A stretch of DNA of 64,000 nucleotides from Candidatus Hydrogenedentota bacterium (GCA_963668025.2 CAXXTH010000017.1:992001-1056000), one strand, 5' to 3'; counted from the first letter of the stretch, positions 10,750 through 20,454 are shown. The notes: generated by a model from the sequence alone, not told the origin. Numbers and translations: made by a program.

Positions 10750-13700
10750 TTGTTTAAACTCCATTATTTCCGAATGTTTCTATTCTTTTTCTCCGCCGTT
10801 TTCGTGGGGATAGGTTTCTTCCCATCGGCGCAAGCAGCGCCGCTTACAGAGCAGCGCTGGACAGCGCTTTCCACCAGCGCATCCGCCGGTTCGGGCATTT
10901 CTGTCGAGGTGGAATCCCAGGCAAGCGGACTTCATGTGTCCTGTACGTTGGGTGGCGTGTGGATGCGGGATGTGGAACTGGATAGCGTGGCGTTCACGAA
11001 GCTGGAAGTGCCTGGGGCAGGGGTAACGGGCTTGGATGGCGCACCAGAGCTGCCAGCATGGCGTCGCCTCATCGAAGTGCCGCTCGATGCCACGAATGTG
11101 CGCATCGAGATGGATAGCGCGCTGGCGAAAGCGTCCGCAGCGCCGCTATCGGCCAATCATCCCATTTGCCCGGTGCAGCCGCCTCAGCCGAAGACCGCCA
11201 ATTCAGTTGATGTAAAACCGTTGGTATGGAATAAAAGTTTGTACCAGGAATCAGGCTCGATGCTGCCGGAAGCGGCGGTTGTCGAGGAATACGGCGTGAT
11301 TCGCGGACACCGTTATGTGATGGTGACAGTCTATCCTTTTGACTATAACCCGGCATCTGGCGCATTAACTCCACGAAAGACGCTGGATTTTCAAATACGG
11401 TGGGAGCAATCCAAGAGCGCCGCGACGGGAACGGATGACCGCCTCGATTCGCCAGCCTATGCAGCAATGCTTCACGATAGCGTATTGAATTCTTCTGGCG
11501 CGAAATCAGAGGCATCCAGCGGCGTGGAAGGCTATTTGATCATTGTCGCGGATGCGCTGGCGGAAAATGCCCAGCTACAGACATTCGTGGATTGGAAGCA
11601 GGCGCAGGGATATAAAGTCTCGATTGCAACGGCAACTGAAGCGGGAACAACCAATGAAGGCATCCTCGCCTATATCCGCACCGCGTACACGACATGGGCG
11701 CTGCCGCCCACCTACGTGCTTTTAGTGGGCGATACAGACACGATACCCCATTGGGTTAGCACGCAAATGGACAATCCGGCGACGGATCTGTATTACACGA
11801 TATTGGATGGGACGGAATGGTACACGCCCGATGTCATGCTGGGCCGCTTGCCCGTGGCCACGGAAGAACAGCTCGATGCGGCATTGAAAAAAATCCTCAC
11901 TTTCGAGCAGATGTCGTGGCCGGCGTCTTATGATGGATGGGAACAGCGGGCGGCTTTTCTCGCGGGAAGCGATAACCGGTCCGTTACGGAAGGCACCCAT
12001 AATTATGTCATCAAAACCTATTTGACCCCTGCGGCATTCACGAGTGACATGCTGTATAGCGTCGCCTACGGCGCTACGGCGGCCAGCGTCACGGACGCCA
12101 TTAACGCGGGGCGTTCCATAGTGGCGTATTCAGGCCACGGCGGTTCGGCGCTGTGGGCGGACGGGCCGGCATATACTCAAGCCAACGTGCGTTCCCTCAC
12201 CACTGAAGCGCCCCCCGTGGTGCTCAGTTTCGCTTGCGATACGGCCGAGTATACATCGAGCGAGTGTTTTGCCGAAACGTGGCTGCGCGCGGAGCATGGC
12301 GCCGCCGCGTTCTTCGGCTCGTCGACAACCTCGTACTGGGGTGAGGATGATATCCTCGAGCGAGTAATGTTCGAAGGGCTTTTCGCGGAAAATAGCGCCA
12401 CGGTAGGCGCTATGATCGCGTACGGCAAAACAAAGCTGTACCAGCATTATTCCTCTTCTACAGCTATGATGCACCGGTATTTTGACATGTACAACACCTT
12501 TGGCGATCCTTCGATGGCACTCTTCACCAGTGCGGTGGAAGAGCTCGATGTTTCCCATCAGGCCTCGTTATCGCCAGTGGCGGCATATTTGAATGTAAAT
12601 ATTGCCCAAGATGGCGCTCGAGCGGCGCTATCCAGCGAAGACGGCGTGATTGGCGTGGGGATCAGCGCAAGCGGCGTTGCCCAAATACCCATTGCGGAAC
12701 CCATTTCCGCCACGGAGCTTCAACTCGTTGTCACGGCCCAAAATCACCGCCCCTATATCGCTTCCATTATTGTGGCTCCTGAGATCGATGGCGTGTTATC
12801 CCTCGATGAAACGGCATATACGTGTACGGACACCATCCAGTTCACCTTGATCGACGCGGATCTCGCGGGCGCTCAAAGCAACGAGATCACCGTATCTTGC
12901 GGCGCCGATACGGAGACCGTTGTGCTGGAGGAGGGAGATCGCCAGGGAATACTGCGGGGCTCGATTGAGCTCGCATGCAGCGAGGCTGCGGCGGGGGACC
13001 ACGTATTGCAGGTTGCCCACGACGAAACGATCACCGCGCAGTATGAAGACTTGAACACGAGCACTGGCGTGCTGGAGGCCAGGACTGCTTCCGCACTAGT
13101 AGACACCCAAAGCCCCGTCATCTCCAATGTGGCGTTTGTGGAGGGCACCTCCACTACGGCCGTGATCACGTTTGAAACAAACGAGTCCGCCCAGCCCTCC
13201 GCGATGTATGGGCCTTCCTATGGAGAGCCGTATCCGTCTTCCCAATCATCCGCGGTGAAAGGCGTCCAGCATACGCTCTATTTATCGGATTTAGAGCCTA
13301 GCAGCCTTTACTTTTTCCAGGTCTCGGCGGTGGATGGATGCGGCAACAAAGCCGTGAGTGAAGAAGTGCTGCATTTTAACACCCTGGCGCGCATGGAGCA
13401 TTTCACCCAATGTTTTGATACGGAACTCAATGATTTGACCAACCATACCATCACTTTCGTGCCTGACGGGTCGGATAATTACTATGCGGCGTCCATTACC
13501 GCCGCTTCGGTGTTTCCCACCCCGATCAACGGCAGCAATCCATTAAGCCTGAAGGATGACAGTTCCTATTACATTGCCCTATCGGGCAGCCAGTTCCCGT
13601 TTTATGGGGTCAATTACAGTGGGTATTACGTCGGAAGCAACGGCTACATCACCTTTGGCAAAAGCGATGTGACCATGCTCGAGGATATCGATACCCATTT

Positions 13701-14742
13701 CGCCTTGCCCCGGATTTCGGCGATGTTCAATGACCTTGATCCGGAAAGCGGCGGCGCCATCGCCTGGATGCAATACACAGATAGGGCGGTCGTCACATTT
13801 TTAAACATACTTAAATACGGCTCAAACGCAACGAATAGCTTCCAAATCGAGATGTTCTTTACGGGCGTGATTCGCATCACGTGGCTCAATGTAGAATCTT
13901 CGGATGGCTTGGCCGGGCTTTCTGATGGCCTCGGCATGCCTGCGGATTTCACCGAAACGGATCTGACTGCGTTATCGGACATCATTCCGTCGGTAACATC
14001 GAGCCGCTGCATGGGGCCGCCATCCGGTAAAGCCGCGAGCATCGAGTTTTTAGTCACGTTCAGCAAGCCCGTGCTGGGCGTGGATATCCCTGATTTCCGT
14101 GTGACTACCACCGGGGTGGATGGCGCCGGGGTGGAGAATGTAACGCCGTTGAGTGATTCCATTTACCTTGTCGAAACGGCCACAGGCGTGGGCGAGGGCA
14201 CCATCCGCTTGGATGTGGTTGATGATGACACCATTACCGATACGCTGGATGTGCCATTGGGCGGCGGCGGCAAAGGCAATGGAGATTTTACGGATGGCGA
14301 TGTGTATACGCTGGATAACGTCGGGCCAAGCGTAGTATCGGCCCGCGTCGCCGCTCCTAACGCCCTCTATGTGGAGTTCTCCGAGGCCATGGATGCCGCC
14401 AGCGCGCTTGATCCGGCCTGTTACTCTATTTCCGGCACGGGCCAAGGCACTCTCGCGGAAACGCCTGATGAGGTGGTTTGGGTGGAAGGCAACATCTATA
14501 TGCTCCTCTGGACGCAAGGCGGGATGGTTTCTGGCGGCGATATCACCGTTACGGTCAATGGGGCGGAAGATGCGGCGGGCAATTCCGTGGGCGAAAGCAA
14601 CACGTCCACGCTCGAGAATCTGGATGCCTCCCTGCCGATGACATGGGCCACGGAATTCCTTGTGTTGCTGGCCATGGCGGCAGGCATGTGTTATCTCGGG
14701 CGCATGCGGCGGGCAGGACGTTGTTACCGCCACGGCAAGTGA
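10750..14742 (+). CDS. Peptidase C25 (gingipain-like) with propeptide, Ig/FN3-like domains and C-terminal membrane anchor
   Basis: Signal peptide, propeptide (GAPELP, VYPFDYNP), YVLLVGD, GRLP, catalytic YSGHG and FACDT, FGDPS. C-terminal LPMTW-hydrophobic-RMRR. Start codon uncertain. Confidence 0.85.
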   Translation: MFKLHYFRMFLFFFSAVFVGIGFFPSAQAAPLTEQRWTALSTSASAGSGISVEVESQASGLHVSCTLGGVWMRDVELDSVAFTKLEVPGAGVTGLDGAPELPAWRRLIEVPLDATNVRIEMDSALAKASAAPLSANHPICPVQPPQPKTANSVDVKPLVWNKSLYQESGSMLPEAAVVEEYGVIRGHRYVMVTVYPFDYNPASGALTPRKTLDFQIRWEQSKSAATGTDDRLDSPAYAAMLHDSVLNSSGAKSEASSGVEGYLIIVADALAENAQLQTFVDWKQAQGYKVSIATATEAGTTNEGILAYIRTAYTTWALPPTYVLLVGDTDTIPHWVSTQMDNPATDLYYTILDGTEWYTPDVMLGRLPVATEEQLDAALKKILTFEQMSWPASYDGWEQRAAFLAGSDNRSVTEGTHNYVIKTYLTPAAFTSDMLYSVAYGATAASVTDAINAGRSIVAYSGHGGSALWADGPAYTQANVRSLTTEAPPVVLSFACDTAEYTSSECFAETWLRAEHGAAAFFGSSTTSYWGEDDILERVMFEGLFAENSATVGAMIAYGKTKLYQHYSSSTAMMHRYFDMYNTFGDPSMALFTSAVEELDVSHQASLSPVAAYLNVNIAQDGARAALSSEDGVIGVGISASGVAQIPIAEPISATELQLVVTAQNHRPYIASIIVAPEIDGVLSLDETAYTCTDTIQFTLIDADLAGAQSNEITVSCGADTETVVLEEGDRQGILRGSIELACSEAAAGDHVLQVAHDETITAQYEDLNTSTGVLEARTASALVDTQSPVISNVAFVEGTSTTAVITFETNESAQPSAMYGPSYGEPYPSSQSSAVKGVQHTLYLSDLEPSSLYFFQVSAVDGCGNKAVSEEVLHFNTLARMEHFTQCFDTELNDLTNHTITFVPDGSDNYYAASITAASVFPTPINGSNPLSLKDDSSYYIALSGSQFPFYGVNYSGYYVGSNGYITFGKSDVTMLEDIDTHFALPRISAMFNDLDPESGGAIAWMQYTDRAVVTFLNILKYGSNATNSFQIEMFFTGVIRITWLNVESSDGLAGLSDGLGMPADFTETDLTALSDIIPSVTSSRCMGPPSGKAASIEFLVTFSKPVLGVDIPDFRVTTTGVDGAGVENVTPLSDSIYLVETATGVGEGTIRLDVVDDDTITDTLDVPLGGGGKGNGDFTDGDVYTLDNVGPSVVSARVAAPNALYVEFSEAMDAASALDPACYSISGTGQGTLAETPDEVVWVEGNIYMLLWTQGGMVSGGDITVTVNGAEDAAGNSVGESNTSTLENLDASLPMTWATEFLVLLAMAAGMCYLGRMRRAGRCYRHGK

Positions 14743-14834
14743 CGCCCGGGATAGGCGAATCTCGTGTAACACGGTAGCTCCACCGCGCAAAGCGGCTTGC
14801 CGCCGCATTGGGCTTCATAGGAGGGGATACCGCC

Positions 14835-15209
14835 ATGAACCGCTTTGGGGTCAGCGCGGCAAAAGAAGAGGAGCTGGCCCAGCGCATGGCGGCTTGCGGG
14901 CTTATCGAGGCTGAACTCGAAGAATCCTTTGTCCGTTCGGGCGGGCCTGGTGGCCAAAAGGTCAACCGTTCCGCCACCTGCGTCCATTTGCGCCATATCC
15001 CCACGGGATTGGACGTAAAAATGCAGGAAGCCCGCTCGCAAGCCTTGAACCGGTTTTACGCGCGCAGGCGCTTATGCGAACTCCTGGAGGAGCGCCTGCT
15101 GGGCCATGCCAGCCCGGAGGCCGTGCGCCGTGATAAACTCCGCAAACAAAAAGCACGCCGCTCCCGCCGCTCCGCCCATAAAGCGCCCCAGGATTCCGAG
15201 CCCGCGTGA
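14835..15209 (+). CDS. arfB: Ribosome rescue peptidyl-tRNA hydrolase ArfB/YaeJ-like
   Basis: RSGGPGGQKVN (GGQ motif), RSQALNR and a basic C-terminal tail in a small stand-alone protein. Confidence 0.8.
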   Translation: MNRFGVSAAKEEELAQRMAACGLIEAELEESFVRSGGPGGQKVNRSATCVHLRHIPTGLDVKMQEARSQALNRFYARRRLCELLEERLLGHASPEAVRRDKLRKQKARRSRRSAHKAPQDSEPA

Positions 15210-15216
15210 CGGCGCT

Positions 15217-15363
15217 CTATTCCTCGCCTCCGCCGAAAATAGTCGATATGAGATCGATGAGCGATGTGATCGGCTTCACCACCGAACTATACACGACCAT
15301 TCCGGCGCTCAATAAGGAAAGAGGGAGAGCCAGCAGCAAACTAAACACAAACAAAAAATCCAT
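15217..15363 (-). CDS. Small membrane protein, 48 aa (not in ORF track)
   Basis: MDFLFVFSLLLALPLSLLSAGMVVYSSVVKPITSLIDLISTIFGGGEE, with AAAGGAG RBS 9 nt upstream. Confidence 0.6.
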   Translation of the reverse strand: MDFLFVFSLLLALPLSLLSAGMVVYSSVVKPITSLIDLISTIFGGGEE

Positions 15364-15627
15364 ATCACGCTACTCCTTTATAATAGGCCAGCAGAACTCG
15401 GACGGCCACCAGCCGGAAGTATAGCTTAAATGGCCTGCGCGATTCTCCCCGATTTCTGGGTATGGGTGTGCCCACCATAAGAGTATTGATGTGTTTTGCA
15501 GGGAAAACCGCCTTTCTTTTGTATATGAACATATACACCGTGCGCCTTCCCCGATAAAAAGGTTCGTATCGCCTGTTGAACGCTTCAAGATTGCCTGCTG
15601 TTTCTTTCATTATCCGCACGTCCCCTT

Positions 15628-15853
15628 AGCCCGCTTGAGCGGGCTCTCCTTAGCACCTGGCTTCAGCCAGGGTGGATCGTCGTGAAGCGCCTGAAGAAGC
15701 ACGCTTTAGCGTGGCTTCTCGACCCGCTTCAGCAGGCCTCTTTTCGCTTAAGCTCCCCGTGAAGCCGCGCTGAAGCGCGCTCTTGATTGTTGGTCCGAAC
15801 TCTCCACCCTGGCTGAAGCCAGGTGCTAAGGGGGAGCCTGCTCAAAGCAGGCT
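15628..15853. repeat. Nested inverted-repeat element (REPIN/MITE-like)
   Basis: Perfect 29-bp inverted repeat 15648-15676 / 15803-15831, with additional outer and inner palindrome pairs. Confidence 0.8.
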
Positions 15854-16008
15854 GATCGGAAAACGCAAGACATTCCAAGCACACCGAAACCGGGATGGCG
15901 CACATTTGGATTGGAGCCGCTCACAACGAAAACCTCACCCTATTTCAAAGCGCTCCTTCTTTTATGGCGCACACCCTCTGGGTGTCCGGCGGCCAGGTTA
16001 AATTCCTA

Positions 16009-16036
16009 CAGGGATAAACGAAGCCCTGGTTTTTTT
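16009..16036 (+). terminator. Possible intrinsic terminator
   Basis: CAGGG...CCCTG short stem followed by G and a T run. Weak stem, long loop. Confidence 0.35.
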
Positions 16037-16201
16037 CTTGCCCATTTCTTTCCCCCGCCTTTCCCCAAGGCCATCGGGCGAATACGAAACAAGATAACGT
16101 AATGAAAGCGCCAGGACAGAGCAGCTCCGCCTAGATTCGCCTACCATCCCGTGCGTGCGGCCCGATGCAGGGACGCAAAACGCATATATAGGAGGCGAAT
16201 C

Positions 16202-16573
16202 ATGGAAGAGTGGGATAAAGTGAACCGGCATGAAGTGATATTGAGTCCAGAGGCGCTCAAGCACTTTGATATTACTGCGTCCGCATGGCACGAGACGCCC
16301 GAGGAAATCGAGGCGGGTTTGGCATGGGGGCGGGAAAAGGCCATCTTGCTGCGCTGGGTGCGCCGCCAAATCAAACGGCGGCTGACGGCGTGTGAACAGC
16401 GCTGCATGGAACTCTATTTCTTTGAAAACATGACCTATCGGGAAGTGGCGGCGCAGTCGAACCGGAATGTGACTTCCGCATACCGGGCGGTCCAGCGCTC
16501 CCTGCGCAAACTGCGCGCCGCCCTCCAAGAAGGAGATGCGCCCCGGCTCCGGCGCAACCGGCGTGCGCCATAA
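16202..16573 (+). CDS. Sigma-70 region 4-like HTH protein (no region 2)
   Basis: LTACEQRCMELYFFENMTYREVA...AVQRSLRKLR matches the region 4 HTH pattern. GGAGG RBS. Confidence 0.75.
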   Translation: MEEWDKVNRHEVILSPEALKHFDITASAWHETPEEIEAGLAWGREKAILLRWVRRQIKRRLTACEQRCMELYFFENMTYREVAAQSNRNVTSAYRAVQRSLRKLRAALQEGDAPRLRRNRRAP

Positions 16574-16609
16574 TGGATCCCGAATCGCCGGATAAGAGGT
16601 CCGGATTTT

Positions 16610-16750
16610 TCACCACGAAGATACGAAGGACACGAAGTTTTTCTTTAAATGCTGTTCACAATACCATGGGCTGAATACCGTTTCGAGAGGCAGCCATTGG
16701 TTATGATCATACCGTTTTCTGCTTCGTGCTCTTCGTGCTCTTCGTGGTGA
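16610..16750. repeat. Inverted pair of triple CACGAAG 9-10 bp tandem units
   Basis: TCACCACGAAGATACGAAGGACACGAAG ... CTTCGTGCTCTTCGTGCTCTTCGTGGTGA. Confidence 0.8.
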
Positions 16751-16794
16751 AGTTATCCGGAAATTCAGACCACATATATACACAGCGCAGCAGA

Positions 16795-16831
16795 GCCGCA
16801 ACCAAAGCGCTTCGTTTTTTTACCGCGAATG
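16795..16831 (+). repeat. GCCGCAACCAAA...CGCGAAT repeat, copy 2
   Basis: Identical to 10255-10291. A degenerate third copy lies near 21002-21035. Confidence 0.8.
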
Positions 16832-17000
16832 AACCTAATATATCCTCTGACGTGGGCTTTGCCCACAACTTAATATTTGCCGCGGTTTTATCAGTTCCGT
16901 CAACAAGGCTAAGTTATTGATTTTAGGAAAATCACATTCTGCAGGCACTATTGGCGCCGCAAGTTCTTCATGTTCTTTGCAGCTTCGAGGTTTTAAGGTA

Positions 17001-18569
17001 CTAATGGTCCAGATGATGCCCCATCCATGCAAAGGGCATGCAGGCCGCCGTAAAGGCCGAGTGAGCGGAGCCATATTGCTGGATGAACGTATTGAGCATG
17101 GGTGCAGCCGCATAATATCCCGCGACAAGCGCGCCGCCGCCGGGAACGCGCAGCAAGCCGTTATCACGGAATGCGCGTAGACCGGCTAATGCATAGGGGC
17201 TGTTCTTGAGCGCCTTGGACGCTGGGCAGTCTCCTGGAGTCGAGGTTCCGCTAAGCCATTGGGATACGGATGAATAGAACGACGCGAAAGAGGAAAAGTA
17301 GTCCATATTCCCGGTATTGTCGGAGCAGGAATGGGTAGGGCCGTTGCTTAGGCATCCCACCAAGACATAACCGGCGCTGGCCAAAAACAACCCGGAACCC
17401 GAGGAGCCATCCTCGGTGACGCCATCATCCCAATGGACTTTATTTTGATGCAGCCAGTCATAGCGCGCCAGATCCGTATCGACGATTTCCCCATATGCGA
17501 TCCGCATGTGGGAGCCGTCGGCGTGTCCCATGGTGATCACCGCATCGCCCGCTTGCAGAGCTTCCGTCGAATATCCGGCGTATGTGCGCCCCAGCGTGCC
17601 CGATGCCACGGAGTCCAGTTCGAGCAGGCTTATGTCTAGAGTAGCGCTGGTGGCCAGAAGGGATTCTCCGGTGCTGCGGGGCAGTGAGGAAAGAGCCGGG
17701 GCCGATGACGAGCCGCAAGCCGTGGCCCGGTAATCCCACACCACATCGATTTGCGTGGCTTCCCACTGCGAGGTGATACAGTGATTGGCCGTTATAAAAT
17801 AAGGTTCGAGGGTGGTGGTGTCGGGATTGTTGATCAGCGTGCCGGTGCACATCGCGCTGTCATAATCGGCGCTTGGGATGACAATGATGCCGACGCCCGT
17901 GGACACCGATTGAATGACGGAATCGGTCTCGCATGCGATGTTGATATTGCACGAAAGCAGTTTGCCTTCTTGGGCTTCCGCGAAGCTGCGGTAGAAATGA
18001 GAAAGGCCCAATACCGCCACTTGCGGCGTATGCGAGGACGAGGTTCTGGCCATGAGAACCGCCGTGTCGCCTTCGATGGTAGGCAGCCACGCGCCGCCGG
18101 AAACCGCGTTCGCCGCCGTATACGGCCCGAAGGCCCGTGCGCTGGCGGGATCAACAGCCCATATTTCCTCTCCAGATTCCAGGCCCGACAGATCTACAAT
18201 CAGCCGCAATGCCAATGCGCCGGTGGAAGTGAGCGAAGCCAAATACACCGTCTGTCCGCCATCCTGGAACACGCTCGACCATAACTCAGGCGGGCGAATG
18301 TCCAACGGCATGCCTGCCGCCATGGGCAAGCCCTTGGCTTCATTGCCCGAGGCGCGCAGCGCGTCGTTTTGGCCTGCATACGCATCAAGAACAAGGCGTT
18401 CCGCCAGATGGGCCAAATAGCTTTCGACTTGCGCGCGCGCCATGGGAAACAGCGATTGGTCCGCTTGCTTGACCGAAACCGGCGGAGCGAAAGCGGGAGG
18501 TGCGACCACCGCGTGGGCGGATAGGCCAACCACGAAAAGGACGAAAATGGACAGCATATGCAGTTTCAT
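17001..18569 (-). CDS. Secreted trypsin-like serine protease (lysyl endopeptidase-like) with CFI-box-CTERM-like tail
   Basis: CTGTLINN, TANHC, DISLLEL and TEDGSSGSGLF triad motifs. Tail CPASKA...LRAFRD...LVAGYY..AP. Confidence 0.85.
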   Translation of the reverse strand: MKLHMLSIFVLFVVGLSAHAVVAPPAFAPPVSVKQADQSLFPMARAQVESYLAHLAERLVLDAYAGQNDALRASGNEAKGLPMAAGMPLDIRPPELWSSVFQDGGQTVYLASLTSTGALALRLIVDLSGLESGEEIWAVDPASARAFGPYTAANAVSGGAWLPTIEGDTAVLMARTSSSHTPQVAVLGLSHFYRSFAEAQEGKLLSCNINIACETDSVIQSVSTGVGIIVIPSADYDSAMCTGTLINNPDTTTLEPYFITANHCITSQWEATQIDVVWDYRATACGSSSAPALSSLPRSTGESLLATSATLDISLLELDSVASGTLGRTYAGYSTEALQAGDAVITMGHADGSHMRIAYGEIVDTDLARYDWLHQNKVHWDDGVTEDGSSGSGLFLASAGYVLVGCLSNGPTHSCSDNTGNMDYFSSFASFYSSVSQWLSGTSTPGDCPASKALKNSPYALAGLRAFRDNGLLRVPGGGALVAGYYAAAPMLNTFIQQYGSAHSAFTAACMPFAWMGHHLDH

Positions 18570-18754
18570 TAGGTTTACTCCTGTATGGCGCGGCTGGCCC
18601 GCCAGCCGCTTGTTTTCGTGGAATTATACTGCTAAACGGACCAGGTTGGATCAAATATCCATACTCGATACAATTCTATAGGCTTGACAAAGCGGGCATG
18701 GCCTGCTTCGTATACATCCATACGCTGTGTTGAACAACGCGAGGAGGTGCGCAT

Positions 18755-20446
18755 ATGCCGGATCCATTGAAAATCGTGGTGGTGGGAGGTGTGGCGGCGG
18801 GGCCCAAAGCCGCTTCTAAAGTAAAGCGGCTCATGCCGGACGCGGAAGTAATCCTTATCGAGAAAGGCGCGTTATTTTCGTTTGCAGGCTGCGGCCTTCC
18901 CTATTATGTATCGGAAGTGGTGCATGAACAAAAGGACCTGATGGCGACGCCCGTGGGCGCGGTGCGCGACACCGCGTTTTTTCAGAAAGTGAAAGGCGTC
19001 CGTGTGTTGAACCGTACGGAAGCCATCGAGATTGACCGCGAGGGCAAGCAAGTGCGCATCCGCGCGCTCGAATCGGGAGAGGAATCCTGGCTGCCCTACG
19101 ACAAGCTCATGCTCGCCACGGGTGCGGGCCCGGTGGTTCCGCCGATTCCCGGCGTCGAACGCAAGGGTGTTTATACCCTGCATAGCATCGAGGACGCCGA
19201 ACGGGTGAAAGCGTCGCTGGCGGAAGGCCGCGTGCGCAATGCCGTCATTATTGGCGGCGGCCTTATCGGCATCGAAACAGCGGAGGCGCTGGCCGCGAAA
19301 GGCTGCCAGGTCACGCTGGTCGAGATGCTTCCCCACATCCTCGCAATGATGCTCGATTTCGAGATGGCGCGCCTGGTCGAACTCCACATGCAATCCAAAG
19401 GCGTCCGGATCATGGCGGACACGAAAGCCCTTGCAATTGTAGGCGAAGGCGATGCCGTATCTTCGGTGCAAACGGATAAAGGCCAATTGCCCGCGGAAGC
19501 GGTCATCCTGGCTGTCGGCGTCCGCCCCCGCACCGAGCTGGCCATGAAAGCGGGCTTGGCAATCGGAGAGAAAACGCACGCCATTGTCGTGGACGAATGC
19601 ATGCGCACCTCCGATCCGGATATCTACGCGGCAGGCGATTGCGTCGAGTGCAAGGACCGTATCACCGGGCAGCCGTGTTTCGTCCCCCTAGGCTCGACGG
19701 CGAACAAGCAGGGCCGCGTGGCGGCCATTAATATGTGTGGCGGGCACGACACCTTCCCTGGCGTGTTCGGCAGCACGGTATGCAAGGTGTTCGATTTCTG
19801 CGTCGGGCGGACCGGCTTAACGGAGAAAGCGGCGCGGGCGAATGGGTATGACGCCATCACAGTCCTTTCGCCGGGGGCGGACCGCGCCCATTACATGCCC
19901 ACGGCGAAGACGCTGATGATAAAGCTCATCGCCAGCCGCGCCACACGCAAGCTTCTCGGGCTTCAGGTGGTGGGCCCCGGGGCAGGCGACAAGCGCGTGG
20001 ATGTGGCGGCCATGGCCTTGGCGGCGGGCATGACGGTGGACCAGCTCGCCAAAGCCGATTTGTGTTATGCCCCGCCCTTCTCGGGGGCCATGGACAATAT
20101 CATCACGGCGGCGGACATCGCCCGGAACAAACTGGACGGGCAAATGGCGTCGCTGACTCCCATGGAAGTACGCGCCAAGCTCGATGCGAAAGAAGATTTC
20201 GTGTTCTTGGATGTCCGTTCTCCAGGCGAATGGGAGGAGGTGCGCCTGCCCGGCTCGATGTTAATCCCCCTTGGCGCATTGCGCGAGCGCTCGGGCGAAC
20301 TGCCCAGAGATAAGGAGATCGTCGCCTTTTGCAAGGCTTCGCTGCGCGGATACGAAGCGGCGCGCATCCTGCTCGGACAAGGCTTCACCGACGTAAAGGT
20401 GATGGATGGCGGGGTGGCCATGTGGCCCTTCGCGAAAGAGAAATGA
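18755..20446 (+). CDS. CoA-disulfide/persulfide reductase with C-terminal rhodanese domain
   Basis: GGVAAG, redox Cys in FAGCGLPYY, GGGLIG, CYAPPFS. Rhodanese DVRS...FCKASLRG...MDGG. Confidence 0.9.
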   Translation: MPDPLKIVVVGGVAAGPKAASKVKRLMPDAEVILIEKGALFSFAGCGLPYYVSEVVHEQKDLMATPVGAVRDTAFFQKVKGVRVLNRTEAIEIDREGKQVRIRALESGEESWLPYDKLMLATGAGPVVPPIPGVERKGVYTLHSIEDAERVKASLAEGRVRNAVIIGGGLIGIETAEALAAKGCQVTLVEMLPHILAMMLDFEMARLVELHMQSKGVRIMADTKALAIVGEGDAVSSVQTDKGQLPAEAVILAVGVRPRTELAMKAGLAIGEKTHAIVVDECMRTSDPDIYAAGDCVECKDRITGQPCFVPLGSTANKQGRVAAINMCGGHDTFPGVFGSTVCKVFDFCVGRTGLTEKAARANGYDAITVLSPGADRAHYMPTAKTLMIKLIASRATRKLLGLQVVGPGAGDKRVDVAAMALAAGMTVDQLAKADLCYAPPFSGAMDNIITAADIARNKLDGQMASLTPMEVRAKLDAKEDFVFLDVRSPGEWEEVRLPGSMLIPLGALRERSGELPRDKEIVAFCKASLRGYEAARILLGQGFTDVKVMDGGVAMWPFAKEK

Positions 20447-20454
20447 CAAGTGGA

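Noticed and set aside
15990-16010. CAGGTTAAATTCCT resembling a tRNA T-arm
   Set aside because: No acceptor, D or anticodon stems could be formed around it.
16170-16182. GGGACGCAAAAC resembling the c-di-GMP-I riboswitch core
   Set aside because: The upstream GGCAAACC/GNRA stem and the downstream P3 receptor are not recognisable.
18684-18716. TTGACA promoter upstream of the CoA-disulfide reductase gene
   Set aside because: The best -10-like hexamer is 21 bp away, outside normal spacing.
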